A DNA stretch of 64,000 bases from the IMG/VR virus record IMGVR_UViG_3300010282_000004, positions 1-64,000 of that record. The stretch is one strand, 5' to 3'. The position numbers and the translations under genes were made by a program. Shown one piece after another: positions 8,766-17,775 of this stretch (positions within the stretch are counted from its first letter, which is position 1; each line of letters starts with the position of its first letter). Origin of the DNA: a virus. Its lineage: Duplodnaviria > Caudoviricetes. The notes below the pieces were generated by a model. It saw only the letters and a list, made by a program, of their open reading frames with translations. It searched no databases and had not been told where the DNA came from.

Positions 8766-9998
8766 GTGGAGTTACATAGATTAGAAAATGAAAATGAGGA
8801 ACAGTTTATATTTAGGCTTGGACAGGCAAAAGACTCTGGAAGATTAGATTTATCTTGGGAAGAACTCGCAGATATTATCAATCATGAGTTCAGAGAGTCT
8901 GAAGAAGAATATAGAACTGAAGCCGCATACCGCAAACCTTATCAGCAAGCTAAAAGATTTCTTGAATCTAATGTTTTTAAAAAATATGAATCTGATAGTT
9001 CTTATTCAAAAGAACTTGAAAAACAGAAGGAAGATCTTAGAAAAGAGAGAATTAAATTACAGACAATGAATGTTGAAAGAAACCGCATTGATAGAAGTCA
9101 GTCAAGACACGAACTGTATTACGAGTATGTCGGATATGTCTGTGACACTCTTCCACTCCCGGACTTTCAGCCATTATATGCATCTGAAGAATCAAATGAT
9201 GAAAACGTAAAGTATTTGGTTACATTGTCTGATGTTCATTATGGTGCAATGTTTAAAAGTTTTAATAACGAATACTCTCCCACTATTGCAAAGGATAGGC
9301 TCAGAAAATTATGTGGAGATCTGATTAACTTTGTAAATAAAAAGAAAATAGATGAGATATATGTTGCATCATTAGGCGACATGTTGCAGGGATTGTTAAG
9401 AGTTAGTGATTTAAAGATTAATGACTCTAGTGTTGTTAAAGCAACTGTAGAAATTAGTAGACTGATTGCTAGTTTCTTAAATGAGCTTAGTGCTTACGTT
9501 AAGGTTTACTATTATCATGTTCCGACTGCAAACCATACACAGACAAGACCTCTTGGCACTAAAGCAAGTGAACTTGCAGATGAAGACCTTGAGTATGTTA
9601 TCTCACATTATATTGCAGATTTATGCATTATGAATGATAGAGTGTTTGTAAATATTGCAGATGATGAATCTCAGTTTATTGAGATTCCTATTTGGGATTA
9701 CAACATCATTGCAATGCACGGTCATCAGTTAAAGAACATTGATAATTCTTTACGTGATTTAAGTATGTTATGTCATAAGTTTATTGACTTTTTGGTACTT
9801 GGTCACTTCCACAATGGGAAAGAAATCCCATGTTTTGAAACCAGAAGTAATGACACAGAGATTCTTATTAGTCCATCATTTATTGGTAGCGATCCTTATA
9901 GTGATTCTATCATGAAGGGAAGTAAGTCTTCAGTAAAGGTTTATGGATTTGATAAATCAAAAGGTCATACAGAAACATATAAGTTCTTATTGAACTAA
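8766..9998 (+). CDS. Calcineurin-like metallophosphoesterase/nuclease (YonJ-like)
   Basis: SDVH, LGD, ANH, MHGH and GHFH metal-binding motifs; N-terminal coiled coil. Confidence 0.85.
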   Translation: MELHRLENENEEQFIFRLGQAKDSGRLDLSWEELADIINHEFRESEEEYRTEAAYRKPYQQAKRFLESNVFKKYESDSSYSKELEKQKEDLRKERIKLQTMNVERNRIDRSQSRHELYYEYVGYVCDTLPLPDFQPLYASEESNDENVKYLVTLSDVHYGAMFKSFNNEYSPTIAKDRLRKLCGDLINFVNKKKIDEIYVASLGDMLQGLLRVSDLKINDSSVVKATVEISRLIASFLNELSAYVKVYYYHVPTANHTQTRPLGTKASELADEDLEYVISHYIADLCIMNDRVFVNIADDESQFIEIPIWDYNIIAMHGHQLKNIDNSLRDLSMLCHKFIDFLVLGHFHNGKEIPCFETRSNDTEILISPSFIGSDPYSDSIMKGSKSSVKVYGFDKSKGHTETYKFLLN

Positions 9999-10031
9999 AA
10001 ATATTAAAGGATATAAAGGAGATTAAAAATT

Positions 10032-10307
10032 ATGAACAAAGCAGAAATGATTAAGGAAGTAGCAAAACGTTTGGATGGATGCACAAAGGCAGATGTTCAG
10101 GCAGTTATTGAAACCTATGTGGATGTAGTTAAGGAAACTTTAGAGAATGATGTTACTGATACAGTAATTCTTCCCGGACTTGGAAAGTTTGTTGTTAAAC
10201 AGATTCCTGAAAAGGCTGGTGTATCACCTTTCGATGGAAAGCCTTGGAAGAAACCTGCTCATAATGAGTTGAAGTTTACTGTAGTGTCTTCCGCAAAGGA
10301 AGTTTAA
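10032..10307 (+). CDS. hup: HU-family DNA-binding protein
   Basis: MNKAEMIKEVA...LPGLGKF...P..G...KF HU signature. Confidence 0.9.
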   Translation: MNKAEMIKEVAKRLDGCTKADVQAVIETYVDVVKETLENDVTDTVILPGLGKFVVKQIPEKAGVSPFDGKPWKKPAHNELKFTVVSSAKEV

Positions 10308-10480
10308 AAACATTTTGTTTTTATTTATTTTTAAACTATTTTGACAAATTATTAAACAAAAACTGTAGATTATTATTTAAAACTTTTTAGTTTTATTTAA
10401 TTTTCTACAGTTTTATTTTCGTACCTCTTTTTTCTTTATCTACCACTCTCTCATGGGTGTCGTAGATTACTATATATACT

Positions 10481-10541
10481 AGGTCGGATGGCTGACCTTA
10501 TAACAGACCATCGGTCATGGTGGCTGACCATAAATGCCACC
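10481..10541 (+). ncRNA. Two tandem H-type pseudoknots in the intergenic leader
   Basis: PK1: aggtcg/tgacct plus gatgg/ccatc. PK2: ggtca/tgacc plus ggtggc/gccacc. A-rich connecting loops. Confidence 0.6.
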
Positions 10542-10661
10542 TACTATTTTTGTAGGATTAAAAATTTATCTCTCTAAAAAATATTTCGGGAATAATGTGT
10601 TGTAAATACATATGTCGTTTGTACACACACAATTAAAAATATTTTATAAAGGAGAGATCAA

Positions 10662-10859
10662 ATGAGCAAATGGGAAAATGAATTATTAGAGGTACGACCA
10701 AATGAATTTACAAAGGTGGATGAGAACACCTACTTACAAAGAAAAGATATTCATGAAGTTGAATATCACTCACTTGATGGAGAACAAGTGTTCAAAGGAT
10801 ATGAATGCTTTGTCCGAGAAATTACTGTGTCAGAATACATCCAATTAACTAATCGATAA
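10662..10859 (+). CDS. Hypothetical protein
   Basis: RBS aaggag; 65 aa. Confidence 0.7.
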   Translation: MSKWENELLEVRPNEFTKVDENTYLQRKDIHEVEYHSLDGEQVFKGYECFVREITVSEYIQLTNR

Positions 10860-10882
10860 TAACAACAGGGAGGTGATGACAG

Positions 10883-11266
10883 ATGGCATATGTATTTTAC
10901 AATCCAAATCCAATCGGACGTTTTACAGGAGACTGTATGCCAAGGGCATTATCTAAGGCTCTTGATATTGATTGGGAAACTGCTAGTGTTCTTCTATGCA
11001 ACTCTGCAATAAAGATGGGTGACGTAGAAACTAGCAACAGTGTAATGGCTGCAGTATTGAGACAGAATGGATTTTATAGAGAGATAATTGATAACTCTTG
11101 TCCAGATTGTTATACTGCTCAAGATTTTTGCAATGAGTACACAAGTGGTACTTACATTTTAGGTTTTGGAGATCATGTATGTTGTGTGGTCTCTGGGGAT
11201 CTTTATGACTCTTGGAATTCTTCTATGGAGCTTCCACAATATTATTGGTACAGAAAAGACAACTAG
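10883..11266 (+). CDS. Putative papain/C39-like cysteine peptidase (cassette gene 1)
   Basis: NPNP...GDC..RA, then H(VCCV) and YDSW give a candidate Cys-His-Asp triad. RBS ggaggtg. Confidence 0.5.
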   Translation: MAYVFYNPNPIGRFTGDCMPRALSKALDIDWETASVLLCNSAIKMGDVETSNSVMAAVLRQNGFYREIIDNSCPDCYTAQDFCNEYTSGTYILGFGDHVCCVVSGDLYDSWNSSMELPQYYWYRKDN

Positions 11267-11300
11267 AAAGTTATGCAACTAGAAAGAGAGGATTGACATC

Positions 11301-11792
11301 ATGGTTAACGGCAACTTAGGTTACTCTTATTATCAACAGAATTACAATCAGCCACAACAGAATTATAGTGGCTCACAATATCAGAATCAGCAAAATGGAT
11401 ATTATCAGAATACTCAGCAGACAAATCAGGTATCTGCTCCTATTATTCCACCAAAGTTAATTGACTATGTTCAAGGAGAACTTGGTGCTACTATTTATCC
11501 GGTTGCTTATGGACAGGAAGTTTTTCTTTTAGATATGGACGATCCTAATCGTGCATACAGAAAGACACGAGATCAGAACGGCAAGGTTTCTCCGCTAGAG
11601 AAATTACTTATAGTTCAAGATGAGGAGAAAAAAACTTCTGAAGTGAATTTGAAAGATTATGTCAAGGCAGATGATATTTTAGATATTGTTGCTGAAGCAG
11701 TTCAAGCTGAAGTAGAAAAGAAATTATCAGAAATATCTTTTAAGCCTACGGCATCTGAAAATAAATTGTTCAAGAAGGGTGGTGACAAATGA
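11301..11792 (+). CDS. Q/N/Y-rich low-complexity protein (cassette gene 2)
   Basis: N-terminal prion-like QNY tract followed by a globular segment. Confidence 0.7.
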   Translation: MVNGNLGYSYYQQNYNQPQQNYSGSQYQNQQNGYYQNTQQTNQVSAPIIPPKLIDYVQGELGATIYPVAYGQEVFLLDMDDPNRAYRKTRDQNGKVSPLEKLLIVQDEEKKTSEVNLKDYVKADDILDIVAEAVQAEVEKKLSEISFKPTASENKLFKKGGDK

Positions 11793-12085
11793 TGCTACCA
11801 TTCTTCAATAATAAAGGTGCTATGCCACCTTTTCAAAATATGCAGAATATGTTAAATCAGATACAGTCACTTAGACAGAACCCAAATCAAATTAGTAAGT
11901 TCTTACTTAATCAAGGTAAGATAACAAAACAACAGTTTGATGAGATGGAACGTCTCGGCATTAGTGGGAATCCACAGGCCATTGGGAATTACTTGATGCA
12001 AAATGGAACATTGAATCAGCAACAGGTTCAAGACGCTTATCAGAACTCAGCATTGCCGATTCAGAATTCTATGATGCAGAACTAA
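11789..12085 (+). CDS. Q/M/N-rich small helical protein (cassette gene 3)
   Basis: ATGA overlap with gene 2; two NPxQ/AI..YL.Q.G repeats. Confidence 0.7.
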   Translation: MMLPFFNNKGAMPPFQNMQNMLNQIQSLRQNPNQISKFLLNQGKITKQQFDEMERLGISGNPQAIGNYLMQNGTLNQQQVQDAYQNSALPIQNSMMQN

Positions 12086-12185
12086 ACAATTGATACTTAT
12101 AGCTTTCCCGGGTCAAGGCTATTTGTATAAATATTACTAATCATTTAAAATCCATATTCGTTATGGTAGAAAGGACATCAAGGTT

Positions 12186-13073
12186 ATGACATCAGAAGGT
12201 AATGAAATGGTTATGCCAGTCACACCTATGGGTGGATTTGGCGGTAATGGTGGCTTTGGAAATTGGGGATCCGATGTATGGATTATCCTCTTAGTACTCT
12301 TCGCTTTCGGTGGTTTTGGAGGCTGGGGTGCAAACGGATTTGGTGGAGGTATTGGAGGTTATGGCAATTATGACTTCCCATGGTTACTCGCATCAAATGC
12401 AAATAGTCAGAACTCTACACAGAATGGTTTTGACAATCTTTATACTAATAATGCAATCAGCGCACTTCAGAGTGCAGTGACAAGTGGTTTTGGTGATACT
12501 GCTCTTGGTATCGCTGGTATCAATCAGAACATTTGTCAGACAGGTAATGCGGTTGTAAATGCGGTTAATAGTGGATTTAATTCTGCTGAAGTAGCTGCAA
12601 ATGCACGACAGATGGCTAACATGCAGCAGGCATTTACAAATCAAACTGCAATGAACACAGGTTTTACAGGACTTCAGGCTCAGTTGGCACAGTGTTGTTG
12701 TGACAATCGTCTTGCTACTGCTCAGACTCAGGCACTTGTTCAGAGTGAAAACTGTGCAGACAGATATGAGGCCGTAAAGAATACACAGAGTATTATCTCT
12801 GCTATCACTTCTGGTATTCAGTCTATCAAAGATGACTTGTGTCAGGATAGACTTGAAGCTGAACGTAGAGAGAATGCTAACCTTCGTACTCAGTTATCTA
12901 TGGCTCAACTTGCAGCATCTCAGGATGTTCAGACTGCTACTATTCAGGCAGGCCAGAGAGCATTAGCAAATGAGGTTGAACAGTATGTTGCGCCAAAACC
13001 AATTCCATCTTATATAGTACAGAACCCTAACTGTTGCGTAGGCTACAACAGTTGTGGTTGTGGCTCATTCTAG
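12186..13073 (+). CDS. Gly-rich membrane-anchored coiled-coil protein with Cys clusters (cassette gene 4)
   Basis: GGFGG-flanked hydrophobic segment WIILLVLFAF, long A/Q/N helical region, CCC and C-terminal NPNCC...SCGCG. Confidence 0.75.
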   Translation: MTSEGNEMVMPVTPMGGFGGNGGFGNWGSDVWIILLVLFAFGGFGGWGANGFGGGIGGYGNYDFPWLLASNANSQNSTQNGFDNLYTNNAISALQSAVTSGFGDTALGIAGINQNICQTGNAVVNAVNSGFNSAEVAANARQMANMQQAFTNQTAMNTGFTGLQAQLAQCCCDNRLATAQTQALVQSENCADRYEAVKNTQSIISAITSGIQSIKDDLCQDRLEAERRENANLRTQLSMAQLAASQDVQTATIQAGQRALANEVEQYVAPKPIPSYIVQNPNCCVGYNSCGCGSF

Positions 13074-13084
13074 GAGGTGGCATT

Positions 13085-13540
13085 ATGGCGGCTGAATATC
13101 TTGCAAACGAAGTTCAGAATGTATCTCTGAATGCTCCAATTATATTTGATGCATCTATCCCATGTACTCGTGGTTATGTATATCACGAAGATGGAACTGG
13201 GATTTTTATTCTCCGGGGTATTACTACCCAATGCTATGCAACATATCAGGTAACTTATAATGGTAATATCGCAATACCAGAAGGTGGTACTGCCGCTCCA
13301 ATTGCAGTAGCAATTACTGTTAATGGTGCTGAAAGACCAACAAGTAGGTCAATAACATCTCCTACTGTGGCAGAATCATATAATAATGTTACCAGTACTG
13401 CTATTATCAAAGTTCCGAGAGGATGTTGTTTCACTCTTGCGGTAGAAAGTGTATCTGCCGTTACAGATGATCCAACTGCTACTCCTACTCAGGTGATTAG
13501 CGTACAGAATTCTAATTTTGTAATTAATAGAATCGCATAG
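13085..13540 (+). CDS. Beta-sandwich protein, BclA-CTD/C1q-like (cassette gene 5); start ATG 13085
   Basis: RBS ggaggtg at 13073. Alternating beta pattern GIFIL..YQVTYNGNI..IAVAITVNG; several Cys. Confidence 0.6.
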   Translation: MAAEYLANEVQNVSLNAPIIFDASIPCTRGYVYHEDGTGIFILRGITTQCYATYQVTYNGNIAIPEGGTAAPIAVAITVNGAERPTSRSITSPTVAESYNNVTSTAIIKVPRGCCFTLAVESVSAVTDDPTATPTQVISVQNSNFVINRIA

Positions 13541-13555
13541 GAAGGAGGATTAAAA

Positions 13556-13927
13556 ATGCACGGAATTTATAAATTAAAAGATAAAATTATAGAAGAACTT
13601 GAAGAATTCGGTAATAAACCTGAATTAAAAGGTTCTGAATTGCCCACAATTGATACACTTGCTCATGCAGCTAAGAATTTGTGTAAGTTGATTCAGATGT
13701 GTGAGGACGAGACAGGCTATAGTTATGGTAGTGGTAGATACAGTAGATACAATGACTATGGTAACTCATATAGAGGTCGTACAAGAATGTATAACGACAT
13801 GGGTGGATACTCCAACTCAAATGATTGGATGGTAGACACACTCCATGAATTAAAAGACAAAGCACCTAACGACCAGATGAGAAGAGAGTTTGACGAATTC
13901 ATTAAGAGAATGGAACGCTCTCGTTAA
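13556..13927 (+). CDS. Helical protein with central G/Y/R/S-rich linker (cassette gene 6)
   Basis: RBS aaggagg; GYSYGSGRYSRY low-complexity linker between helical ends. Confidence 0.7.
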   Translation: MHGIYKLKDKIIEELEEFGNKPELKGSELPTIDTLAHAAKNLCKLIQMCEDETGYSYGSGRYSRYNDYGNSYRGRTRMYNDMGGYSNSNDWMVDTLHELKDKAPNDQMRREFDEFIKRMERSR

Positions 13928-13989
13928 TGTGAGGTAATAATTAAATAGAGAATAATGGGGAGAAGGGTTATACTCTTCTCTCCTTTTAA

Positions 13990-14065
13990 TGGGAAGTAGT
14001 TCAGTTTGGCAGAACGCTCGTTTTGGGTACGAGAGGTTTCGTGGGTTCGAATCCCATCTTCCCAT
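13990..14065 (+). tRNA. tRNA-Pro (TGG), no encoded CCA
   Basis: Acceptor tgggaag/cttccca; anticodon arm ctcgt-ttTGGgt-acgag; T arm gtggg-ttcgaat-cccat. Confidence 0.85.
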
Positions 14066-14204
14066 CTCAGAAGAAGTGACGAAATGTAATCATTGGCATC
14101 GCCCTCCTATAAATATATACAGTCACTTCTTCTGGTCAATTCTAGAAGTGAAAAACATTTTAAAATTATAGTAAACAAATTTAAAGTAAAGGAGGAATGG
14201 CATA

Positions 14205-14594
14205 ATGAGTCGTGTTGAAGTGCCTGCTATGAAATTTGTTGGATTTGATGGAGTGGACGAGGTGTCTTTCATTGATGAGGAAGCCAGACTTCCTATTGAT
14301 GTCTTAGATTACAGTACCGTTCAGCAGAATTCATTTGATCTGACTGCTAATAAGATTTATAAACTTGGAACTAAAGATAGTCTTACAATTACATTCTTAG
14401 AGCCTGCTGACGAAACTAAAGGTGCAATCTTTAATTGTAGTTTTGTTGCAGGTAGTACATTTGTAGCTCCTACCTTCTATAGAGAGGGTACGATTGCAGC
14501 TATTACAATTGACAAAGGAACTGTTCAGTTTGTTCCCGGAACTAAATATGAAGTATCTTACAATTGGGCATCCGAAATACTGATTGTTCAGTAA
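14205..14594 (+). CDS. Hypothetical beta-rich protein
   Basis: RBS aaggagg; 129 aa. Confidence 0.7.
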   Translation: MSRVEVPAMKFVGFDGVDEVSFIDEEARLPIDVLDYSTVQQNSFDLTANKIYKLGTKDSLTITFLEPADETKGAIFNCSFVAGSTFVAPTFYREGTIAAITIDKGTVQFVPGTKYEVSYNWASEILIVQ

Positions 14595-14608
14595 GGGGGT
14601 GTGCTACT

Positions 14609-16252
14609 ATGAGTAATATTCAGCAAAAATATAGAGATACAAATATTATACCAGATAAATATAGTACTGGTTGTGATGAAACATTATTAACACCTTGTAT
14701 TGATGAGCCGGGTGTTATGCAAGATTTTTATTGGGGATTCTATAGTGCTGGAGCCGCAATAGGAATTTCATTTTCAGATCCTAACAACACAAGTAAGATT
14801 GGCACTACTATTACAATAAGTAATGTTGATTTTACAAAATATATTGTTAGATCATTTAATAATGATAATGTTGATGTTGATACAAAATTCATTTTTAATA
14901 ATTGTAAGTTCAATGAAATTACATTAGATGGAAATGAGCATCTTCAATTTGAAATTAATGATAGTACTATTGTAACATCTAATTTTTCTTATACAGATTT
15001 GAACAGATGTCGAATAGGTGGAAGTTATAATGATGGAACAAGAAGTTTCGGTTATACAACGTTCAATGATTGCTATATTTATGATTTATGTTATTGGGAT
15101 GGTACAGGAAATCACACTGATGGCATACAGATATATGGTAGAGAGGGTCTTGATTGTAATGATATTATCCTTAACAATTGTAGATTTGAGGGTGTGACGT
15201 ATCCTGTTTACAAAGACGGAGTTCCTTCTTCAGCATATGTTAATGCATGCATAATGTTACAGTTAGAATTTGCAGACGGAGATAACATTCAGTTTAATAA
15301 TTGCGTTGTAAATGGTGGCAACTTCTCATGCTACTCATGGGTTAAACCACAATACCAGTCTGAGCATACATTAACAAATGCAGAGTTTAATTATTGTCAG
15401 TTTGGTTATAGTAATAACACTGATGTGTTCTATTATACATTAGATCCTAATACAACTATTAGCAATTGTTTTAGAACAAACCAGTTGTATGTTGGTTCTG
15501 TGTGGAAGGATGATAATGACGAGGTTCATATTAGTGTAACAAATGATACGTTGGTAGATAGAATTCTTTGGGTAAGAACTGATAATGGTTATAAGAAATA
15601 TTACATTCCACATTCTTATACAGAAAAACTTGGATTAGATAAATACCATCCCGGAAACGATTTTGATTTTTCAGACTACCCTATTGACATTGACATAAAT
15701 GTTGGAGTTACAGATTTTGTTGTATGTTATGACGACAGTGTTCGTACTGATAATCAAATTAGATTTGTCTCATTTAGTGGAGATAGTGTTGAAGAAGAAA
15801 TAATTGACGAGCCTTGTCGTACATATGCATTGTATAACAGATACAGAAATATGTTACCTAATAAGGATGCAAATAATGTCGTGTACTTTAATCCATTGTG
15901 GGAGCAAGAAACTAGTGTGACTGGTCAATCTATTTTGGAATTTGGAAATGTAAGCAACGGTCATACATATAAAATTACAGGAGAAATAACATATAGTATT
16001 GATACAGATACTGAGCAAACAAGTGCTGCTTATTTTAGACTTAGAACAATGAACGACGGATGTTTTGCTATGATCAGTATTGTATTAGATAAGATTACTC
16101 TTAACTCAGGAACTGTTACAAAGACTGTATCATTCGATCAGACTCTTACTGCTACAAAGAATGGTAGCTTTGGTAAACTTAATATTCTTGCAGACTTAAG
16201 TTTGCCATATACATTTAGTGTTTCTAATATTAGAATTCAGGAAACTTCATAA
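14609..16252 (+). CDS. Parallel beta-helix (pectin-lyase-like) protein; start ATG 14609
   Basis: Repeated FNNC/FNDC/LNNC strands and NHTDGIQ motif; RBS aaggggg. Confidence 0.65.
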   Translation: MSNIQQKYRDTNIIPDKYSTGCDETLLTPCIDEPGVMQDFYWGFYSAGAAIGISFSDPNNTSKIGTTITISNVDFTKYIVRSFNNDNVDVDTKFIFNNCKFNEITLDGNEHLQFEINDSTIVTSNFSYTDLNRCRIGGSYNDGTRSFGYTTFNDCYIYDLCYWDGTGNHTDGIQIYGREGLDCNDIILNNCRFEGVTYPVYKDGVPSSAYVNACIMLQLEFADGDNIQFNNCVVNGGNFSCYSWVKPQYQSEHTLTNAEFNYCQFGYSNNTDVFYYTLDPNTTISNCFRTNQLYVGSVWKDDNDEVHISVTNDTLVDRILWVRTDNGYKKYYIPHSYTEKLGLDKYHPGNDFDFSDYPIDIDINVGVTDFVVCYDDSVRTDNQIRFVSFSGDSVEEEIIDEPCRTYALYNRYRNMLPNKDANNVVYFNPLWEQETSVTGQSILEFGNVSNGHTYKITGEITYSIDTDTEQTSAAYFRLRTMNDGCFAMISIVLDKITLNSGTVTKTVSFDQTLTATKNGSFGKLNILADLSLPYTFSVSNIRIQETS

Positions 16253-16276
16253 TAAAAGAAAGTGAGGTTGTGAAAA

Positions 16277-16543
16277 ATGGTTACTTTAGATACATACGGC
16301 AATAAACCAAATATTGCACTGTGTAGTTTTTCATGTCTCTCAACAGATGTTAAACCAACTGTGTCTTACAATGGTACTGCAATCGCAAATGGTAGTACTC
16401 TTCATGAAATTGATACTAATAAGAATTATGTATACAATCAGGAGTCTGCACAGTGGGTACTCTCAACTTCTGGTGGCGGTGGTTCGTCAGAGACATATGA
16501 TGTAAAAATTGAAAATGGGTTGCTTGTTATTACAAGAACCTAA
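16277..16543 (+). CDS. Small virion-associated-type protein
   Basis: CLSTDVKP...NGS..HEIDT...Y.Y....W then GGGGS, a pattern typical of fibre N-terminal modules. Confidence 0.6.
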   Translation: MVTLDTYGNKPNIALCSFSCLSTDVKPTVSYNGTAIANGSTLHEIDTNKNYVYNQESAQWVLSTSGGGGSSETYDVKIENGLLVITRT

Positions 16544-16562
16544 TATATAAATCACGGTTGTG

Positions 16563-16588
16563 TAGGAAGGCTTCGGCCTTCCTATTTT
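16563..16588 (+). terminator. Hairpin/terminator immediately before tRNA-Thr
   Basis: taggaagg-cttcgg-ccttccta + tttt (UUCG loop). Confidence 0.7.
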
Positions 16589-16661
16589 GCTTCCTTGGCT
16601 CAATTGGCAGAGCAGCTGATTTGTAATCAGCAGGTTGTTGGTTCAAGTCCGACAGGGAGCT
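16589..16661 (+). tRNA. tRNA-Thr (TGT), no encoded CCA
   Basis: Acceptor gcttcct/agggagc; anticodon arm gctga-ttTGTaa-tcagc; T arm gttgg-ttcaagt-ccgac. Confidence 0.9.
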
Positions 16662-16713
16662 TTAGGTACATAGTACCTTATTATAAAGGAATAGAAAGGA
16701 TGGTGGAAAAACT

Positions 16714-17775
16714 ATGGCTTATTTAAAGCAGCCAAAGACACCCGAAGATTTACAAGCACTAACGGTAAGCAAAGTAAAAGTTGCATATAATGAGTTGGCT
16801 ACAGACTATAATAAGCTGGTTAACTTGGAATATGTCTACTGTCCATATTGTGGAGAATTTAAGGCAGTGTCTCAGTTTTATTCTTCTAAAAGAACGAAGA
16901 GTAAAATTGAACATCTTGCTTGTAAGGCTTGTATATTAGATATGGCAACTGACTTAGATAAGAAGACAGGTATTCGTAGAGATAATCGTGAAAAAACAAT
17001 TAACACTCTTAAAAAGTTAGACTTGCCGTTTATTGAAAAGGATTATGACGCTCAGTTAAGATTCATGGCTGATGACGTTAATGAAAAAATGAGAAGTACT
17101 GCTTTCCAACAGTACTTGGTTATGGTTAAGTCATTACCGAATTATAAAGATATGACATTCGCTGATAGTAGATTTCTTGATGGGGTTGATGACAGTGAGC
17201 CTAGTCCAGAAGATGTTAAGATTGTTCAGAAGACTCTTAAGGCAGCTAGGAAAAGATTTGGATATGACTTTAGTAATGAAGATTTGATGTTTCTTGAGAA
17301 CCAATATCAAGATTGGATTACAAGATACGAATGTAATAATAAAACTCAAGAAGAATTGTTTGAAAGATTAACTTTTAAAAAGTGGGAAATTAATAAGGCG
17401 ACTAAGGCTGGTCAAAGTACAAAGGATCTTGATAAAACATATCAGGAGTTATTGTCTGCAGCTAATCTGTTGCCTAAACAAAATAGTGGTAATGCTCTCT
17501 CCGACTCTCTTACATTCGGACAACTTATAGAAAAATGGGAAGAAGAAAAACCTATCCCAGAGCCATCACCTGAATTTAAAGATGTGGATGGTATTGGAAA
17601 ATATATTCGTGTATGGTTTAAGGGCCATCTTGCTAGAGCCTTTGGTTTGGATAACGGATATTCTAAAGAGTATGATGAATATATTGAACAATATAAAGTA
17701 AAGAAACAAGAGTTTTCTGAAGATGGTCGGTCAGATGATATCTATGAAAGTTTGTTTGGTCGTGGTGATATATAA
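16714..17775 (+). CDS. Putative terminase small subunit (YonG-like), N-terminal Zn ribbon
   Basis: CPYC...CKAC; abuts the large terminase gene. Confidence 0.6.
   Translation: MAYLKQPKTPEDLQALTVSKVKVAYNELATDYNKLVNLEYVYCPYCGEFKAVSQFYSSKRTKSKIEHLACKACILDMATDLDKKTGIRRDNREKTINTLKKLDLPFIEKDYDAQLRFMADDVNEKMRSTAFQQYLVMVKSLPNYKDMTFADSRFLDGVDDSEPSPEDVKIVQKTLKAARKRFGYDFSNEDLMFLENQYQDWITRYECNNKTQEELFERLTFKKWEINKATKAGQSTKDLDKTYQELLSAANLLPKQNSGNALSDSLTFGQLIEKWEEEKPIPEPSPEFKDVDGIGKYIRVWFKGHLARAFGLDNGYSKEYDEYIEQYKVKKQEFSEDGRSDDIYESLFGRGDI

Noticed and set aside
10341-10372. TTGACA as a sigma-A promoter for the cassette
   Set aside because: No convincing -10 element at 16-18 bp spacing.
14066-14140. HDV-like (theta) ribozyme after a tRNA
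   Set aside because: cctcct resembles the HDV L3 loop, but I could not build P1/P2/P3 nested pairings here or after the other tRNAs.
13850-14171. ORFs 13850-14065 (-) and 13989-14171 (+)
   Set aside because: Translations of the tRNA-Pro gene.
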